Below, one piece after another: positions 10,455-24,744 of a stretch of DNA of 64,000 bases. Source of the stretch: Haliotis rufescens. Its lineage: Eukaryota. Each line of letters opens with the position of its first letter. Within the stretch, counting starts at the first letter, position 1. The stretch spans positions 47,740,001 to 47,804,000 of the forward strand of contig NW_025964361.1 in the NCBI RefSeq assembly GCF_023055435.1, in the 5' to 3' direction. A model generated the notes under the pieces. The model was given only the letters and a program-made list of their open reading frames with translations, did no database searches and had not been told where the DNA came from. A program made the position numbers and the translations under genes.

Positions 10455-13400
10455 GGGTCCTAGCTTGTGGAGCATGCTTGGTCCAAGCTGGTATAGCATG
10501 CGTGGTCCAAGGTAATATCTCATACTTGACTCCAGCTAGTATCTAAAGCTTGTCCTAGCTGGTATCTCAATCTAGGTCCCAGCTATTACCCCATGGTTGG
10601 TCCAAGCTAGTATCTCATGCTTGGTCCCAGCTAGTATCTCATGCTTGGTCCCAAGTAGTATTTCATGATTGCTCTCAGCTATTATCTTAGGCTTGGTCCC
10701 AGCAACTAGCTCAAACAAGGTCCCAGCTATTATCTCAGGCTTGGTCCCAAGTAGTATTTCATGATTGCTCTCAGCTATTATCTTAGGCTTGGTCCCAGCA
10801 ACTAGCTCAAACAAGGTCCCAGCATCTAGATCAAACAAGGTCCAAGCTATTACCTCAGGCTTGGTCCCAAGTAGTAGTTCATGGTTGCTCTCAGCTATCT
10901 TCTCAAGCTTGGTCCCAGCTAGTATCTCAAGCTTGGTCCCAGCTAGTATCTCAACCTTGGTCCCTGCTACTAGCTCAAGCTTGATCCCAGCAGCTAGCTC
11001 AAACTAGGTCCCAGCTATTATCTCATGCTTGGTTCCAGTTTTTATCCAAAGCTTGGACCCAGCTACTAATTCAAACTTGGTCCCAGGTAGTATCTCAAGC
11101 TTGGTCCAAGCAATTATCTCATGCTTGGTCCCAGCTAGTATATCATGCTTGACCCAAGCTAGTATCTCAAACTTGGTACCAGCTAGTATCTCATTCTGGG
11201 TCCCAGCTACTATCTCTTGCTTGGCCCAAGCTATTATATCAAAGTTGGTTCCACCTACTAGCTCAAACTAGGTCCCAGCTATTATCTCATGCTTGGTTCC
11301 AGTTTTTATCTCATGCTTGATCCCAGCTATTATCTCAAGCTTTGACCCAGCTGCTAACTCAAACTTGGTTCCAGCTAGTATCTCAAACTTGGTTCCAGCT
11401 AGTATCTCAAGCTTGGTCCCAGCTAGTATTACAAGCTTGGTCCCAGCTAGTATCACAAGCTTGGTCCCAGCTAGTATCTCATGTTTGGTCCCAGCTGTTA
11501 TTTTATGCTTGGTCCCAGATAGTATCTCATGCTGGGTCCCAAGTAGTATTTCATGGTTGTTCTCAGCTATTATCTCAAACTTGGCCCCAGCTAGTATCTC
11601 TTTCTTGGTCCCAGCTAGTATCTCAAGCTTGGTCCCAGCTAATATCTCAAACTTGATCCCAGCTAGTATCTCATTCTTGGTCCCAGCTATTATCTCATGC
11701 TTGGTCCCAGCTATTATCTCATGCTTGGTCGCAGCTAATAGCTCATGCTTGATCCAAGCTAGTATCTCATGCTTGGTCCCAGCTACTATCTCATGCTTGG
11801 TCGCAGCTAATAGCTCATGTTTGATCCAAGCTAGTATATCAAGCTTGGTCCCAGCTAGTATGTCGTTCTTGGTCCCAGCTATTATCTCATGCTTGGTCCC
11901 AGCTACTATCTACTGCTTGGTCGCAGCTAATATCTCATGCTTGATCTAAGCTAGTATCTCATGCTTGACTCCAGCTAGTATCTCATGGTTCGTCCCAGCT
12001 ACAATCTCAAGCTCTGTCCCAGGTAGTATTTCAAGCTTTCTCCCAGCTAGTATCTCAAGCCTGATCCCAGCTAGTATCTCAAGCTTGATCCTAGATACTA
12101 GCTCAAACTAGGTTCCAGCTAGATTCCTAGTATCCCGTCCTTGGTCCCCGATATTATCTCATGCTTGGTCCCACCTAGTATCTCATGCGTGGCCCCAGCT
12201 ATTATCTCATGTTTGGTCCCAGATATTACCCCATGCTTGGTCCCAGCTATTATTTCATGTTTGGTCCCATCTATTACCCCATGCTTGGTCCCAGCTATTA
12301 TCTCATGCATGGTCCCAGCTATTATTTCATGCTCATCAGTTAACATCTCAAGCTTGGTTCCAGCTAGTAGCTCAAGCTTGGCCCCCGGGTAATATGTCAT
12401 GCTTGGCCCCAGCTGAGTATCGCATGCTTGATCCCAGCTGATATCTCATGCTTGACCCCAGCTAGTATCTCATGCTTGGTCCTAACTATTTTCCCAGGCA
12501 CGGCCCCAGCTGATATCTCATGCTTGGTCCCAGCTAGTATCTCTTGCATGGTCCCAGCTAGTATCTCATGCTTGACCCCAGCTAGTATCTCATGCTTGGC
12601 CCCAGCTATTATCTCTTGCATGGTCCCAGCTAGTATCTCATGCTTGGTCCTAACTATTTTCCAAAACATGGTCCCAGCCAGTATCTCATTCTTGGTCCTA
12701 GCTAGTATCTCAAGCTTGGTCCCAGCCAGTATCTCATTCTTGGTCCCAGCTAGTATCTTAAGCTTGCTCCCAGCTATTATCTCAAGCTTGGTCCCAGCTA
12801 GTATCTCAAGCTTGGTCCCAGCCAGTATCTCATTCTTGGTCCCAGCTAGTATCTTAAGCTTGCTCCCAGCTATTATCTCATGCTTGGTCCCAGCTAGTAT
12901 CTCATGCTTGGTCCTAACTATTTTCCAAAACATGGCCCCAGCTATTATCTCAATCTTGGTTCCATATATTATCTCAAGCTTGGTCCCAGCCAGTATCTCA
13001 AGCTTGGTCCCAGCCAGTATCTCAAGCTTGGTCCCAGCCAGTATCTCAAGCTTGGTCCCAGCTAGTATCTCAATCTTGATCCCAGCCAGTATCTCAAGCT
13101 TGGTCCCAGCTAGTATCTTAAGCTTGGTCCCAGCCAGTATCTCAAGCTTGGTCCCAGCCAGTATCTCAAGCTTTGTCCCAGCCAGTAACTCAAGCTTGGT
13201 CCCAGCCAGTATCTCAAGCTTGGTCCCAGCCAGTATCTCAAGCTTGGTCCCAGCCAGTATCTCAAGCTTGGTCCCAGCCAGTATCTCATTCTTGGTCCTA
13301 GCTAGTATCTCAAGCTTGGTCCCAGCTAGTATCTCAAGCTTGCTCCCAGCTATTATCTCATTCTTGGCCCCAGCCAGTATCTCATTCTTGGTCCCAGCTA

Positions 13401-13569
13401 GTATCTTAAGCTTGCTCCCAGCTATTATCTCAAGCTTGGTCCCAGCTAGTATCTCAAGCTTGGTCCCAGCCAGTATCTCATTCTTGGTCCCAGCTAGTAT
13501 CTTAAGCTTGCTCCCAGCTATTATCTCATGCTTGGTCCCAGCTAGTATCTCATGCTTGGTCCCAGCTAG
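10455..13569. repeat. 24-bp minisatellite
   Basis: (CTTGGTCCCAGCTAGTATCTCA(A/T)G)n. Confidence 0.97.
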
Positions 13570-14553
13570 AAGTCCAAACTTATTAAAATAGAGACGGGGT
13601 GGTCCTGATTGCGCGACATCATAGACCCTGATGACGTGGGACGTGCTCCAGCTCTCAGTCACAGTTTTTCCTATATTTCAAGGACCCATCATAAAACCAG
13701 ACATGCATTCACTCGCTCACTTAATTTACATTTCAGAAGTTGGAGAAGACAGAAAAATCATATGTGGGTAGCAGTCTTAAACATTAACATATATATTCTT
13801 TCCTTTCACGTGGTTAAGACATTTTTTTATTAGACAACAGAAAAAAACACCTCATAATCGGACAAATTCGGCTGAGAAATAATTAACATGGAAACAAAGA
13901 TGTTTCAAACACGAAGAGAAGATATCAATAAGATTACTTCTAGACAGCTAGGGGTAATCGTTTAGCTAAATGCCGTAAAAAAGAAATCTGTCATTTTTTT
14001 CAAGTGGAAGAGGAAATTAAAGTAACTCAGATGAAAAAAACAGATGTTGATATAATAGCTTGTTTCTAGGTTACCGGATCTGCTGAAATGGGATATCAGA
14101 CCGAGGCACCAGGAACTTACTACAGTAATCCACATTGCTAAGAGCTATTTGCTTGATGAACCCGCGTAGTCCTCGCTGTAATCCTATGTCACAACAGCCG
14201 CGAGTCCTTCATTAGCTGCAAGGACACTGATATTGTCTCTGGCAAGCAGCTCACAGCCCCTATCCTTAAATCATTCGCGTTGTGCTCCATTCGGTTATTG
14301 GTTTTGCGGTAGCCGTGCACCAATATGGCATTACGTGTGCGGTTTCCTCGTCTGCTCTGGGCGTGTCTCTGTGTTTCTCCCCTCGACTTGGTGACTGTTG
14401 CTACTACATTTAATCCTGTCAAAAAAAATTAAAACGGAAAGGATTTTTGGTACGTTGACCATTGGAGTAAAGGAACAAGATGAATTCTAGAAAATCGCGC
14501 GAGGTGGGTTTTACCTGTGTTTCAATAATGCCACGGCGTGTCTGCTCCTTGTG

Positions 14554-14840
14554 GAGTGAGTGAGTGAGTGAGTGAGTTGGGTTTAACGCCGCTTTCAACA
14601 ACATCCAGTTATATGTGGTAGGAAACTTAAAGTGAGAGGAAAGCCCGAAGTGGTGCAGGTCTCGAGCGGTTACCAATTTGGTGAAACCCATGAACACGGG
14701 TATGGTGCTGACAAACCTTGAAACATAATCGGGATGAACCAGAATTCGAACCCACAGCCCTAGGTTTCTGGCGTGTCCAAGAGACGCAACTCTGCACAGC
14801 GAATTGCGACGCCTTAGACGACTGGGCCACCCGTGCGCCT
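14554..14840 (-). mobile_element. SINE C full-length
   Basis: Reverse-strand homology to 760-1029, (CTCA)n tail. Confidence 0.88.
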
Positions 14841-15290
14841 GCTCCCGATTGAGGAAGGCGAGGCAGATCATATTTGCTACTGTGGCGTAATAAAATAGGG
14901 CGGTGAGGACAGACAAAACTCGGGGCTAAAATTGGATTCGAACCCATGGTGCAGTCAAGGGACGCAAGGTAATTGCTGCACCTTGGGCCTCCATGACACC
15001 TAGAGCTGTTCAGTAAAATGCTTCACAGCGAAGCTATCAACGTACTAGTAGTTACCTTATCTGTGGGGCACATACCTGATCTCACATCCACTCAGGATTC
15101 CCCTTAGTGCTTCCCGTATATGTCGGATTTATAGGTCTTTCAGTCAGACTCAACTCATTTTCGAAGCATGTGGAACGCTCAAAACGTGACAGCAGAGAGG
15201 TAGTACTCGTCTGGGTGGGAAGAGACATATGCCTGAGAACATGGGCGATGGCTTGTAGAGTAGTCAAAGCTATTATGTCAGAGTAGAAGG

Positions 15291-18200
15291 CTGGACCACC
15301 CACCTCCCCTCACTGTAACGAGTGAACGCTGTAACCACTGGACCACCCACCTCCCCGCACTGTAACAAGTGAATGCTGTAATCAACCTCCCTCCCCTCAC
15401 TGTAACGTGTGAACGCTGTAACAACTAGACCAGCCACCCACACTCACTGTAACGATTGAGCGCTGTAAACAATTAGACCACCCCCACACACTCACCCTAA
15501 CGAGTGAACGCTGTAAACAACTAGACCAGCCACCCACACTCACCGTAACGCTGTAAACAACTCCCCTCCCCTCAGCGTAACGAGTGAAACCTGTCAACAA
15601 CTGGACCACCAACCCACACTCACCATAACGAGTGAACGCTGTCAACAACAAGACCACCCACCCACCATAACGAGTGAACGCTGTCAGCAACTAGACCACC
15701 CACACTCACCGTAACGAGTGAACTCTGTCAACAACTAGATCACCAACCCACCATAACGAGTGAACGCTGTCAACAACTAGACCACCCACCCACAATAACG
15801 AGTGAACGCTGTCAACAACTAGACCACCCACCCACACTCACCATAACGAGTGAACGCTGTCAACAACTAGACCACCCACCCACACTCACCCTAACGAGTG
15901 AACGCTGTCAACAACTAGACCACCCACACTCACCATAAAGAGTGAAAAACTGTAACCACTCTACCACCCACCTCCCATCACCGTAACGAGTGAACCCTGT
16001 AACCGCTGGACCACCCGCCTCCCTCACTGTAACAAGTGAATGCTGTAACCATTAGAACACCCACCTCCCCTCATCGTAATTAGTGAACGCTGTAACCACT
16101 AGAACACCCACCTGCCTCACCGGAACGAGTGAGCGCTGTAATCACTAGAACACCCACCTCCCTCACCGGAACGAGTGAGGGCTGTAATCACTAGAACACC
16201 CACCTCCCCTCACGGTGACGAGTGAACGCTGTAATCACTAAAACACCCACCTCCCTCACCGGAACGAGTGAACGCTGTAACCACTCGACCAACAACCTCC
16301 CTCGCCGGAACGAGTGAACGCTGTAATCACTAGAACACCCACCTCCCTCACCGGAACGATTGAACGCTGTAACCACTAGAACACCCACCTCCCTCACGGT
16401 GACGAGTGAACGCTGTTATCACGAGAACACCCACCTCCCTCACCGGAACGTGTGAACGCTGTAACCACTAGAACACCCACCTGCCTCACCGGAACGAGTG
16501 AGCGCTGTAATCACTAGAACACCCACCTCCCTCACGGTGACGAGTGAACGCTGTAATCACTAGAACACCCACCTCCCTCACCGGCACGAGTGAACGCTGT
16601 AATCACTAGAACACCCACCTCCCCTCACCGGAACGAGTGAGCGCTGTAATCACTAGAACACCCACCTCCCTCACCGGAATGAGTGAGCGCTGTAATCACT
16701 AGAACACCCACCTCCCCTCACGGTGACGAGTGAAGGCTGTAATCACTAGAACACCCACCTCCCTCACCGGCACGAGTGAACGTTGTAATCACCAGAACAC
16801 CCACCTCCCCTCACGGTGACGAGTGAAGGCTGTAATCACTAGAACACCCACCTCCTTCACCGGCACGAGTGAACGCTGTAACCACTCGACCACCAACCTC
16901 CCTCACCGGAACGAGTGAACGCTGTAATCACTAGAACACCCACCTCCCCTCACGGTGACGAGTGAACGCTGTAATCACTAGAACACCCACCTCCCTCACC
17001 GGAACGAGTGAATGCTGTAATCACTAGAACACCCACCTCCCTTCACCGGAACGAGTGAGCGCTGTAATCACTAGAACACCCACCTCCCTCACCGGAACGA
17101 GTGAGAGCTGTAATCACTAGAACACCCACCTCCCTCACCGGAACGAGTGAGCGCTGTAACCACTAGAACACCCACCTCCTTCACCGGCACGAGTGAACGC
17201 TGTAATCACTAGAACACCCACCTCCCTCACCCGAAGGAGTGAACGCTGTAATCACTAGAACACCCACCTCCCTCACCGGAACGAGTGAGCGCTGTAATCA
17301 CTAGAACACCCACCTCCTTCACCGGCACGAGTGAACGCTGTAATCACTAGAACACCCACCTCCCTCACCCGAAGGAGTGAACGCTGTAATCACTAGAACA
17401 CCCACCTCCCTCACCGGAACGAGTGAGCGCTGTAATCACTAGAACACCCACCTCCCTCACCGGAACGAGTAAACGCTGTAATAACTAGAACACCCACCTC
17501 CCTCACCGGAACGAGTAAACGCTGTAACCACTAGAACACCCACCTCCTCCACCGGCACGAGTGAACGCTGTAATCACTAGAACACCCACCTCCCTCACCG
17601 GAACGAGTGAACGCTGTAACCACTAGAACACCCACCTCCTTCACCGGCACGAGTGAACGTTGTAATCACTAGAACACCCACCTCCCTCACCGGAACGAGT
17701 GAGCGCTGTAACCACTAGAACACCCACCTCCTTCACCGGCACGAGTGAACGCTGTAATCACTAGAACACCCACCTCCCTCACCCGAAGGAGTGAACGCTG
17801 TAATCACTAGAACACCCACCTCCCTCACCGGAACGAGTGAGCGCTGTAACCACTAGAACACCCACCTCCTTCACCGGCACGAGTGAACGCTGTAACCACT
17901 AGAACACCCACCTCCCTCACCGGAACGAGTGAGCGCTGTAATCACTAGAACACCCACCTCCCTCACCGGAACGAGTGAACGCTGTAACCACTAGAACACC
18001 CACCTCCCTCACCGGAACGAGTGAACGCTGTAACCACTAGAACACCCACCTCCCTCACCGGAACGAGTGAACGCTGTAATCACTAGAACACCCACCTCCT
18101 TCACCGGAACGAGTGAGCGCTGTAACCACTAGAACACCCACCTCCCTCACGGTGACGAGTGAACGCTGTAATCACTAGAACCCCACCTCCCTCACCGGAA

Positions 18201-18456
18201 CGATTGAACGCTGTAATCACTAGAACACCCACCTCCCTCACGGTGACGAGTGAACGCTGTAATCACTAGAACACCCACCTCCCTCACCGGAACGAGTGAA
18301 CACTGTAACCACTAGAACACCTACCTCCCTCACGGGAACGAGTGAATGCTGTAATCACTAGAACACCCACCTCCCTCACCGGAACGAGTGAACGCTGTCA
18401 CCACTCGACCACCAACCTCCCCTCAGTGTAACGAGTGAACGCTGTAAGCCACTAGG
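15291..18456. repeat. ~46-bp minisatellite derived from SINE A head
   Basis: (CTAGAACACCCACCTCCCTCACCGGAACGAGTGAACGCTGTAA(T/C)CA)n. Confidence 0.97.
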
Positions 18457-19267
18457 CCATGCCCCCAACTCCCTGACTAATAATGAAACAGAGTCGTATC
18501 GAAAGAAGAAACCCAATACTGCCGTGATGTTGTGCAAGCTCTCCTCTGTCCATCTGGTGTCTCGTACTGTGGCTGTGGTAAAGATCATTAAATGTCCTGC
18601 ATACTCATTGCGGGCATCAGTGTAGTGAATTAAATGCTGATTTGTTCGAGCTGCCCTGTCGAGTACACTTGAACGTCGTGGTGGGGATCCAAGCGAAAGT
18701 GCTTTCAATATTTTTTCGAATGTTCATTGTACGGGAAAATAAGAGACAAATTAATTAAAAATACCACAAACACGAGGGATGACTTTCACTTGAAAACATT
18801 TCTTAAAGGTGCAAGATCCGAACTGTAAGGCTTTTTTTCTCTATAACTGTTCTGCATTGTGTTTTACTTGATACGGGGTAATACATCTTTAAATGAATTA
18901 ATTACCTTGTACTTTGCAAAGATCGATTTACCATCTAAGCATGGCTGTATGTCAAAGACACTACGAACTAGATTTCCAAAGAAAAAATATTCCACAACGA
19001 AATATCGACTAAAACATGTAATAATAGTTATAATAATAAAATGCGGGACTCACCGTGAACGGGAATCAGGTTTAGTCAATAAAGTGTCTGCGATGTCGTT
19101 AAGTAAAACATAATTTGCAGCTTGTATTCCTAACAAAAAACAAAACAAGAACTGATTGTGTAGACGATAAATTTCTTTATCAGGATATGGTATACTGGTA
19201 ATGTGGGATATATGCACACATGCGCTCCCGACACACACACACACATAGAAATAGATACACACATAAA

Positions 19268-19414
19268 NNNNNNNNNNNNNNNNNNNNNNNNNNNNNNNNN
19301 NNNNNNNNNNNNNNNNNNNNNNNNNNNNNNNNNNNNNNNNNNNNNNNNNNNNNNNNNNNNNNNNNNNNNNNNNNNNNNNNNNNNNNNNNNNNNNNNNNNN
19401 NNNNNNNNNNNNNN
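19268..19414. other. Assembly gap
   Basis: Run of N next to a (CA)n microsatellite. Confidence 0.99.
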
Positions 19415-21289
19415 ATTTTCCCATAGCGACGAAGCTTAACACAAAAACGCAGCCATGGGCAAGGCCATAAAAGACAAATCAAGGTCTAACTTGAATAGAC
19501 AAGACACGAATCTGTCGATTAAAAATAAGTCATCGTGCAGAAATATTTTCTTTTGTAAGGCTGAGCAAAGCGAGTTAGTGAATATTACTCATCGCTGTAT
19601 AGGCTTTTCGATAAAAAACAAACAAACAAAGCACAAAAAGCACCCGAAATCCCCAAAACTAAAAGCATATTGCCTTGTGCGTGATACTGAAGAGACTCGT
19701 TTGTTTTAAATGGCGGACCGTCCATAGCCGAGGATCTTGGGATGAGGTTTTATTAGTACTTCATTTAAAGTCAACTAATCGAATATAATATTTACAACAC
19801 ATTATTACATGAAAACTTGAAAGGCTTGTATTGAGCCGTGAAGCGCGGCAACATGATCAGGCCCTACACGTGGCCCCTGGGTACTGGGCTGTCTCGTGTG
19901 GGGGTTAGGCTTCATTAAACTCCGTGTGACTCACTCCACTCTTCTAACTACCCACGGTCATGCTGCTATTAACGCATCAAGAATTATTGGATGATGCCAG
20001 GAGTTTTGCACAAAGCAGTCGTGCATTTCTCATTGATATGTTGATCATCACAGTAATTACAATAGCACCGTATTTTCTCTTGGTCTGATGGAACAGAGTA
20101 ACATTAAAATGACGTTTTTTATAAGCCAGCTCAAAACTTTATTTTTTTTTAACAGAAATAAACGTTTTTTCAGAAATATGTTCAAGTAGCTATAAAATAT
20201 ACATATCCTCAGCAGAATAAAGGCGATTCTATGTTTTATAAACTTTTCGAAATTGATAAAAACCTCTTGGATGATGTTTAAGAGTATTTAACTATTTCCT
20301 CTACGACATTAAAGATAACACTTCACTATATTTGTAATATTCGGCAATTATATGTTTTATAATTCTGACTGGTTGCTGCGAATCTTGAAGTGACACGTGA
20401 TGTAATAAGTCAAGTATCACACAACACGACAACCAGCCCAGCCCAGCCAAGCCAAGCCCAGCCCAACCCAGCTCAAAATTCAATTCCGATCATTCCGAGA
20501 TCAGCTGTGTTCAGGTATAAATTCCCCGCCTTGGCTCTCCATATAATTAAGTTTGTCCAACGCTTTATGTTGAGTTAGATTTATTGGAACCCCTATTTTT
20601 CACTATTTAAATGAAATTGCGGATACCTAGGATTGAACTTTGTTCCGTGTGTTGTTCAAGGCAAGGTGACATTATGTCAGGTACAAACATAGTCACAAAT
20701 CGAAAATGGCCCCAAACGAAAATCTCGACTCTAATTTCAAGACATCACGTTAATTTTCTTCATAATCCGAACGACGTCGTGAAAAAGAAAATCAATATTT
20801 CTTTTCATGAAATGAGAACAAAGGCTGGCTTGTTTTCGTCGATCAAACCACACCTTCGGGCAATTTGAACAACTTAATTCCCTTTGAGAACGTTTGCCTC
20901 TGAAACTCGTTAATATTGCTAAAGAAAGACTACCCCAAAACAAGATTTTTTTCTGTCCTGTTCGGTGTATTTGTGCTGTGTGCAGTGTTTTTATAGTGAT
21001 AAAAAATATTTTGTAGGTTTAATGCATACAGCAATATGGCCTGTAACATTTTATTCTCACAATTTGAGAAAATATACAAGGAATAACAGATAAAAACTTT
21101 GATTAACGATCTTTGAGCCATACTTGAGGTAATTTGTTCACATCAATAGTGTTTCACAATTATTTAGATTTTTGTTAATTTCAGCTATGGTCGAGAAAGA
21201 GAATCAATTTCAAGCCATATGACTGTTTAACACTAAACAGACACTGAAATGTTATATATTGACTGAAATGTTATATATTATTATGATAA

Positions 21290-21830
21290 CTCAAAGTGTC
21301 ACCGGACCATCTGGCTGTTGGAACTATCCGACGCCAGTTTGACGTAAAATCCCCCAGGGGCAGACAACTCTAATGTTCTTTTGTTTTGTAAAACCATATA
21401 AAGTGTACACTTCCGGGTGTCAAAATCTTTACGATATTTTGTGGTAAATACACAGTTATGAGATGTATTTAAAATGTTTTGAATTTCTTAAGCACGGGAT
21501 CATATTTAGATGTGTTAGAGTCTCACAAACAGCATATGCTTGCCACTTTTTCTGACGATGAATTATTTGACAGCGGGCCTTAACACAAAGGCGTGGGGGC
21601 GGTTTACCGCATTCACCGCAACACAATCATTGAATTACGTTGACAATGGTGGCAATTATGATGAATGAATAAGCCGAGCCCAATTAAAGCAAAGCCCAAG
21701 AGAATATCGATCTATCCGAGTCGCGATTTTATCATTTCCTAGTATACTGGCGAGAATCAGCACGTTGCAGCATTGTAAGGATGGGTGCAGGGACTTGCTG
21801 ATCTTATCGAACCTGAGGAAATGTGAGCAT
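21290..21830 (+). promoter_or_regulatory. Candidate AASDH promoter / non-coding first exon
   Basis: Local CpG-richer patch in AT-rich DNA with ACTTCCGG (ETS-like, ~21409), TGACGT, GGGGGCGG and TCGCGA motifs, followed by a donor-like AAT|GTGAGC (~21823). The coding exon at 24615 starts with a splice acceptor, so an upstream exon is implied. Confidence 0.35.
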
Positions 21831-23076
21831 TTATATATATATGTTTTATTTAATATTGAGTAATTATTTTTGAGTAGCTTTTGTGCATTGTTGAGTTATG
21901 ACAATGAAAATGCAAATTCACATCTGCTTTCTGCCATTTTTGACAAAATCGGCAGATGCTAAACTCAATTAATTCCTGTTTTCTCAAGCCTGTTCTCTTA
22001 AGTTTTTTTAGATGTGTGATTTACTTTTTTCAATGTGTCAAAAATGATTTATTAATCATGTAAGTGTGTTATAACGACACAGAATTTCTTCCCTGTTTTT
22101 GACAAATGATAAAGAATAATGCTGAGACTAGATACTTCTGAAATACAGTTTTGTAGAACTACGTGTTTATGTCAGGTTATGACACTAAAGAAAAATAAAA
22201 CCAAAGCCAGATTTATATTTTAGAATGCTGTTCAATTGAGCTTTTTGCTATTTTAAGTGTTCTGCTTTGTGGGATCTTTTGATTTAATCCTTCTTAATTG
22301 TGACAAAGGAAATCCTGATATATTTCGTAGTTGTGAAAAATGTTCTTAAACATTGTAACAATCATTGATGGCTAAGTGCAAAACTAATTTATTTGTATGG
22401 GAACTTGTGGCATATGGATGAAGATGAGAATGTGCAGCTGAAGGAAGATGTCATTGAAAAATAGCATAGATCTAACTGTTTTAGTACTAATGGAAAGGAA
22501 TGATAAAAAAATATTTTCGTTTTACTTTAGCTTATTAAATTTTTTTATGATATTTTCTAGTGATGAGTATTGGCCTGACTTTCGTATTGCAATTTATTGT
22601 AATAGTGATTCATGTATTGCAATATGTACCAATATATTCAATGCATTCTTTCATCTGTAATTTGTTATGTACTTGAACAAAAAAAAAACCCTTTCCAGTA
22701 GTTTCCATCACATTTTTGACAACTTCATAATCGTCTGCAATCTTTGTTAGAAGTTGCTTTAGTCAAATGATCACATGCATGTGTAATAGACACTGTATAC
22801 AGGAAAAAGGGTTGCGAAAAGTTCCTCTTCTTTCTAATTTCTGTATATTATTATTTCGATTCGACTTGGCACTTATGTAAAGTTTTCTAACAAGATCAAA
22901 ATATGCATGATTTTGAAAATCGCAATAGTCCTTTTTTCCAAACGTATGGTGATTTTTATTCATTAGTAATCCATATCATGGTATACCTGTAATAACGCGC
23001 ACTACTATTATTTTTCAATTAGAATCTATATATTTGCTTTATTTATTTATTCTGAAAAATGGACATAATTTATGTA

Positions 23077-24273
23077 GGGGAGACCGGGGTGCATTGGGAC
23101 AAAATCTTTATTATCCAGTCTACATCCCACATGAAATGGATTCATAAAGAAACTGACACTTCTTCTAATCAACACTTTAATAATGAATCACTGAACAAAA
23201 AATGTATTTCACAAACATGAAATTTACTAAAACACAGTGATTTAAAAAAAATATACTGGGACACATACTGGGGTGCATTGGGACATTAACAAAGACATGG
23301 CCATAGAACTTTGAAATTTGGATAGATCTTGTCTGTAAATAACTAGTTCTTTTTCAGGACGCTAACTTCATAAAGAAACAACTAATTACCGTATATGACC
23401 GCGGATAAGCCGACCCCGTAGATAAGCCGAGGTGTTAATTTGACCATTGAAATACGAAAGAAAATGATATGACCCGCGGATAAGCCGAATCAGGAATTGA
23501 AAGACAAAAAACACTGCGAAGTCGGACTGCAAGACATGTGCCGGTACTCGCAGATATTCAAAAATATAAGATGAAAAACGTTGTAATTATATTGAAAAAG
23601 TCATTCATACGCGGTCATATACGGTAAATGTCAGAATGTAACTAATTCTTTGACCGGAAGATATCTGTAGATCAGCTCAATAAGCTCCACTGGAAGGCCA
23701 AGGAGACCAGTCATTGAACCTACCAGAAAAGTATCTTTCATTGATATTTCATCAAAGTTCAAGAAACAAATCCAAAGCAAATGTCAAATTAATTACATTT
23801 TGAATTCATAAAATGATAACATGCTGGTCATTTAGAATCACATGTTTTGGGTGCATTGGGACATGTCCCAATGCACCCCGGGCACGGTGTCCCAATGCGC
23901 CCTGACGCTACCCTTGCATTTTTTTATTGGCTGCATGACATAACCATGTGACAAAATGAAATTCATCTCTTGGCAGAATACTTTTAAGATATCACTGTTT
24001 TGAATAAAACTCATACATCAACTGAAAGATGGAACACTTTGGCATATAAAGCTTCAACAATAGGGGTCTGAATTTTACAATGAAGTGCAAAAATTACATT
24101 TAACTTACCAAACTTCTGTCAATGGGTGCTACTTCCACCCCTGCTACAAAAAGTGCCACGGTGTATGATGTCACTTCCTTAAGTGTAAATGATCATGTGA
24201 TTGTACACCTATAAATAGCAGTTTTTGGGGGTGTCCCAATGCACCCCGTGTCCCAAAGCACCCCGGTCTCCCC
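23077..24273. mobile_element. Non-autonomous DNA transposon (Tc1/mariner-pogo-like, TA target)
   Basis: TA|GGGGAGACCGGGGTGC...GCACCCCGGTCTCCCC|TA; internal repeats of GGTGCATTGGGACA in both orientations. Confidence 0.88.
23389..23624. mobile_element. MITE (pogo/Tigger-like) nested in the 23077-24273 element
   Basis: TA|CCGTATATGACCGCG...CGCGGTCATATACGG|TA. Confidence 0.88.
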
Positions 24274-24615
24274 TATTCTAAGCTAAAAGTTAATTATTTA
24301 ATTTGATAATGTGTTTGAAATGAATTTTCATGTTTGTCTACATGTGGTCTAATGCCTCTGTATTTATTGTAAAATGGTTAATGTATAGCTTATATCCATC
24401 ATGATAATTGATGCTATATAATTTATCATCTATATATATTAATTATTATGTTTATCATGTTTGTGATACATAAAATGTATAATAATGTTCACTATTTTTT
24501 TTTGTTAACTTGTTTTTATTACGTTTCAGTTCATTCAATTGATCTGAATGATAATGTTGTTAGAGTAAACATGGTAAACATAAAACATAATAAACAATTT
24601 TCAATTTTGCGCAGG

Positions 24616-24744
24616 ATGGAAACTTTGCATGGTTTGGTGGAAAAACAAATTTCTGAACAATCTTATAAAGTGGCTGTACAATTTGATGATGGAGTAAACA
24701 AGTCATTCATCACCTACCAAGACCTGTGCAACACAGCCAATATT
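24616..24744 (+). CDS. AASDH: AASDH/ACSF4 beta-alanine-activating enzyme, coding exon 1
   Basis: cgcag|gATG; METLHGLVEKQISEQSYKVAVQFDDG...ITYQDLCNTANI|gtaagt; resembles the AASDH N-terminus. Confidence 0.85.

Noticed and set aside
13625-13660. Hammerhead ribozyme core (CTGATGA)
   Set aside because: No properly spaced GAAA or closing stems visible.
11293-13662. ORFs of 218-421 aa on both strands (EILAGTKL / SSLVPASI)
   Set aside because: 24-bp satellite lacking stops by periodicity; superficially like ice-nucleation or antifreeze repeats but with no unique termini.
15291-18456. Possible CRISPR array or tRNA gene cluster
   Set aside because: No unique spacers and eukaryotic context; units lack the B box/T arm so they cannot be tRNAs.
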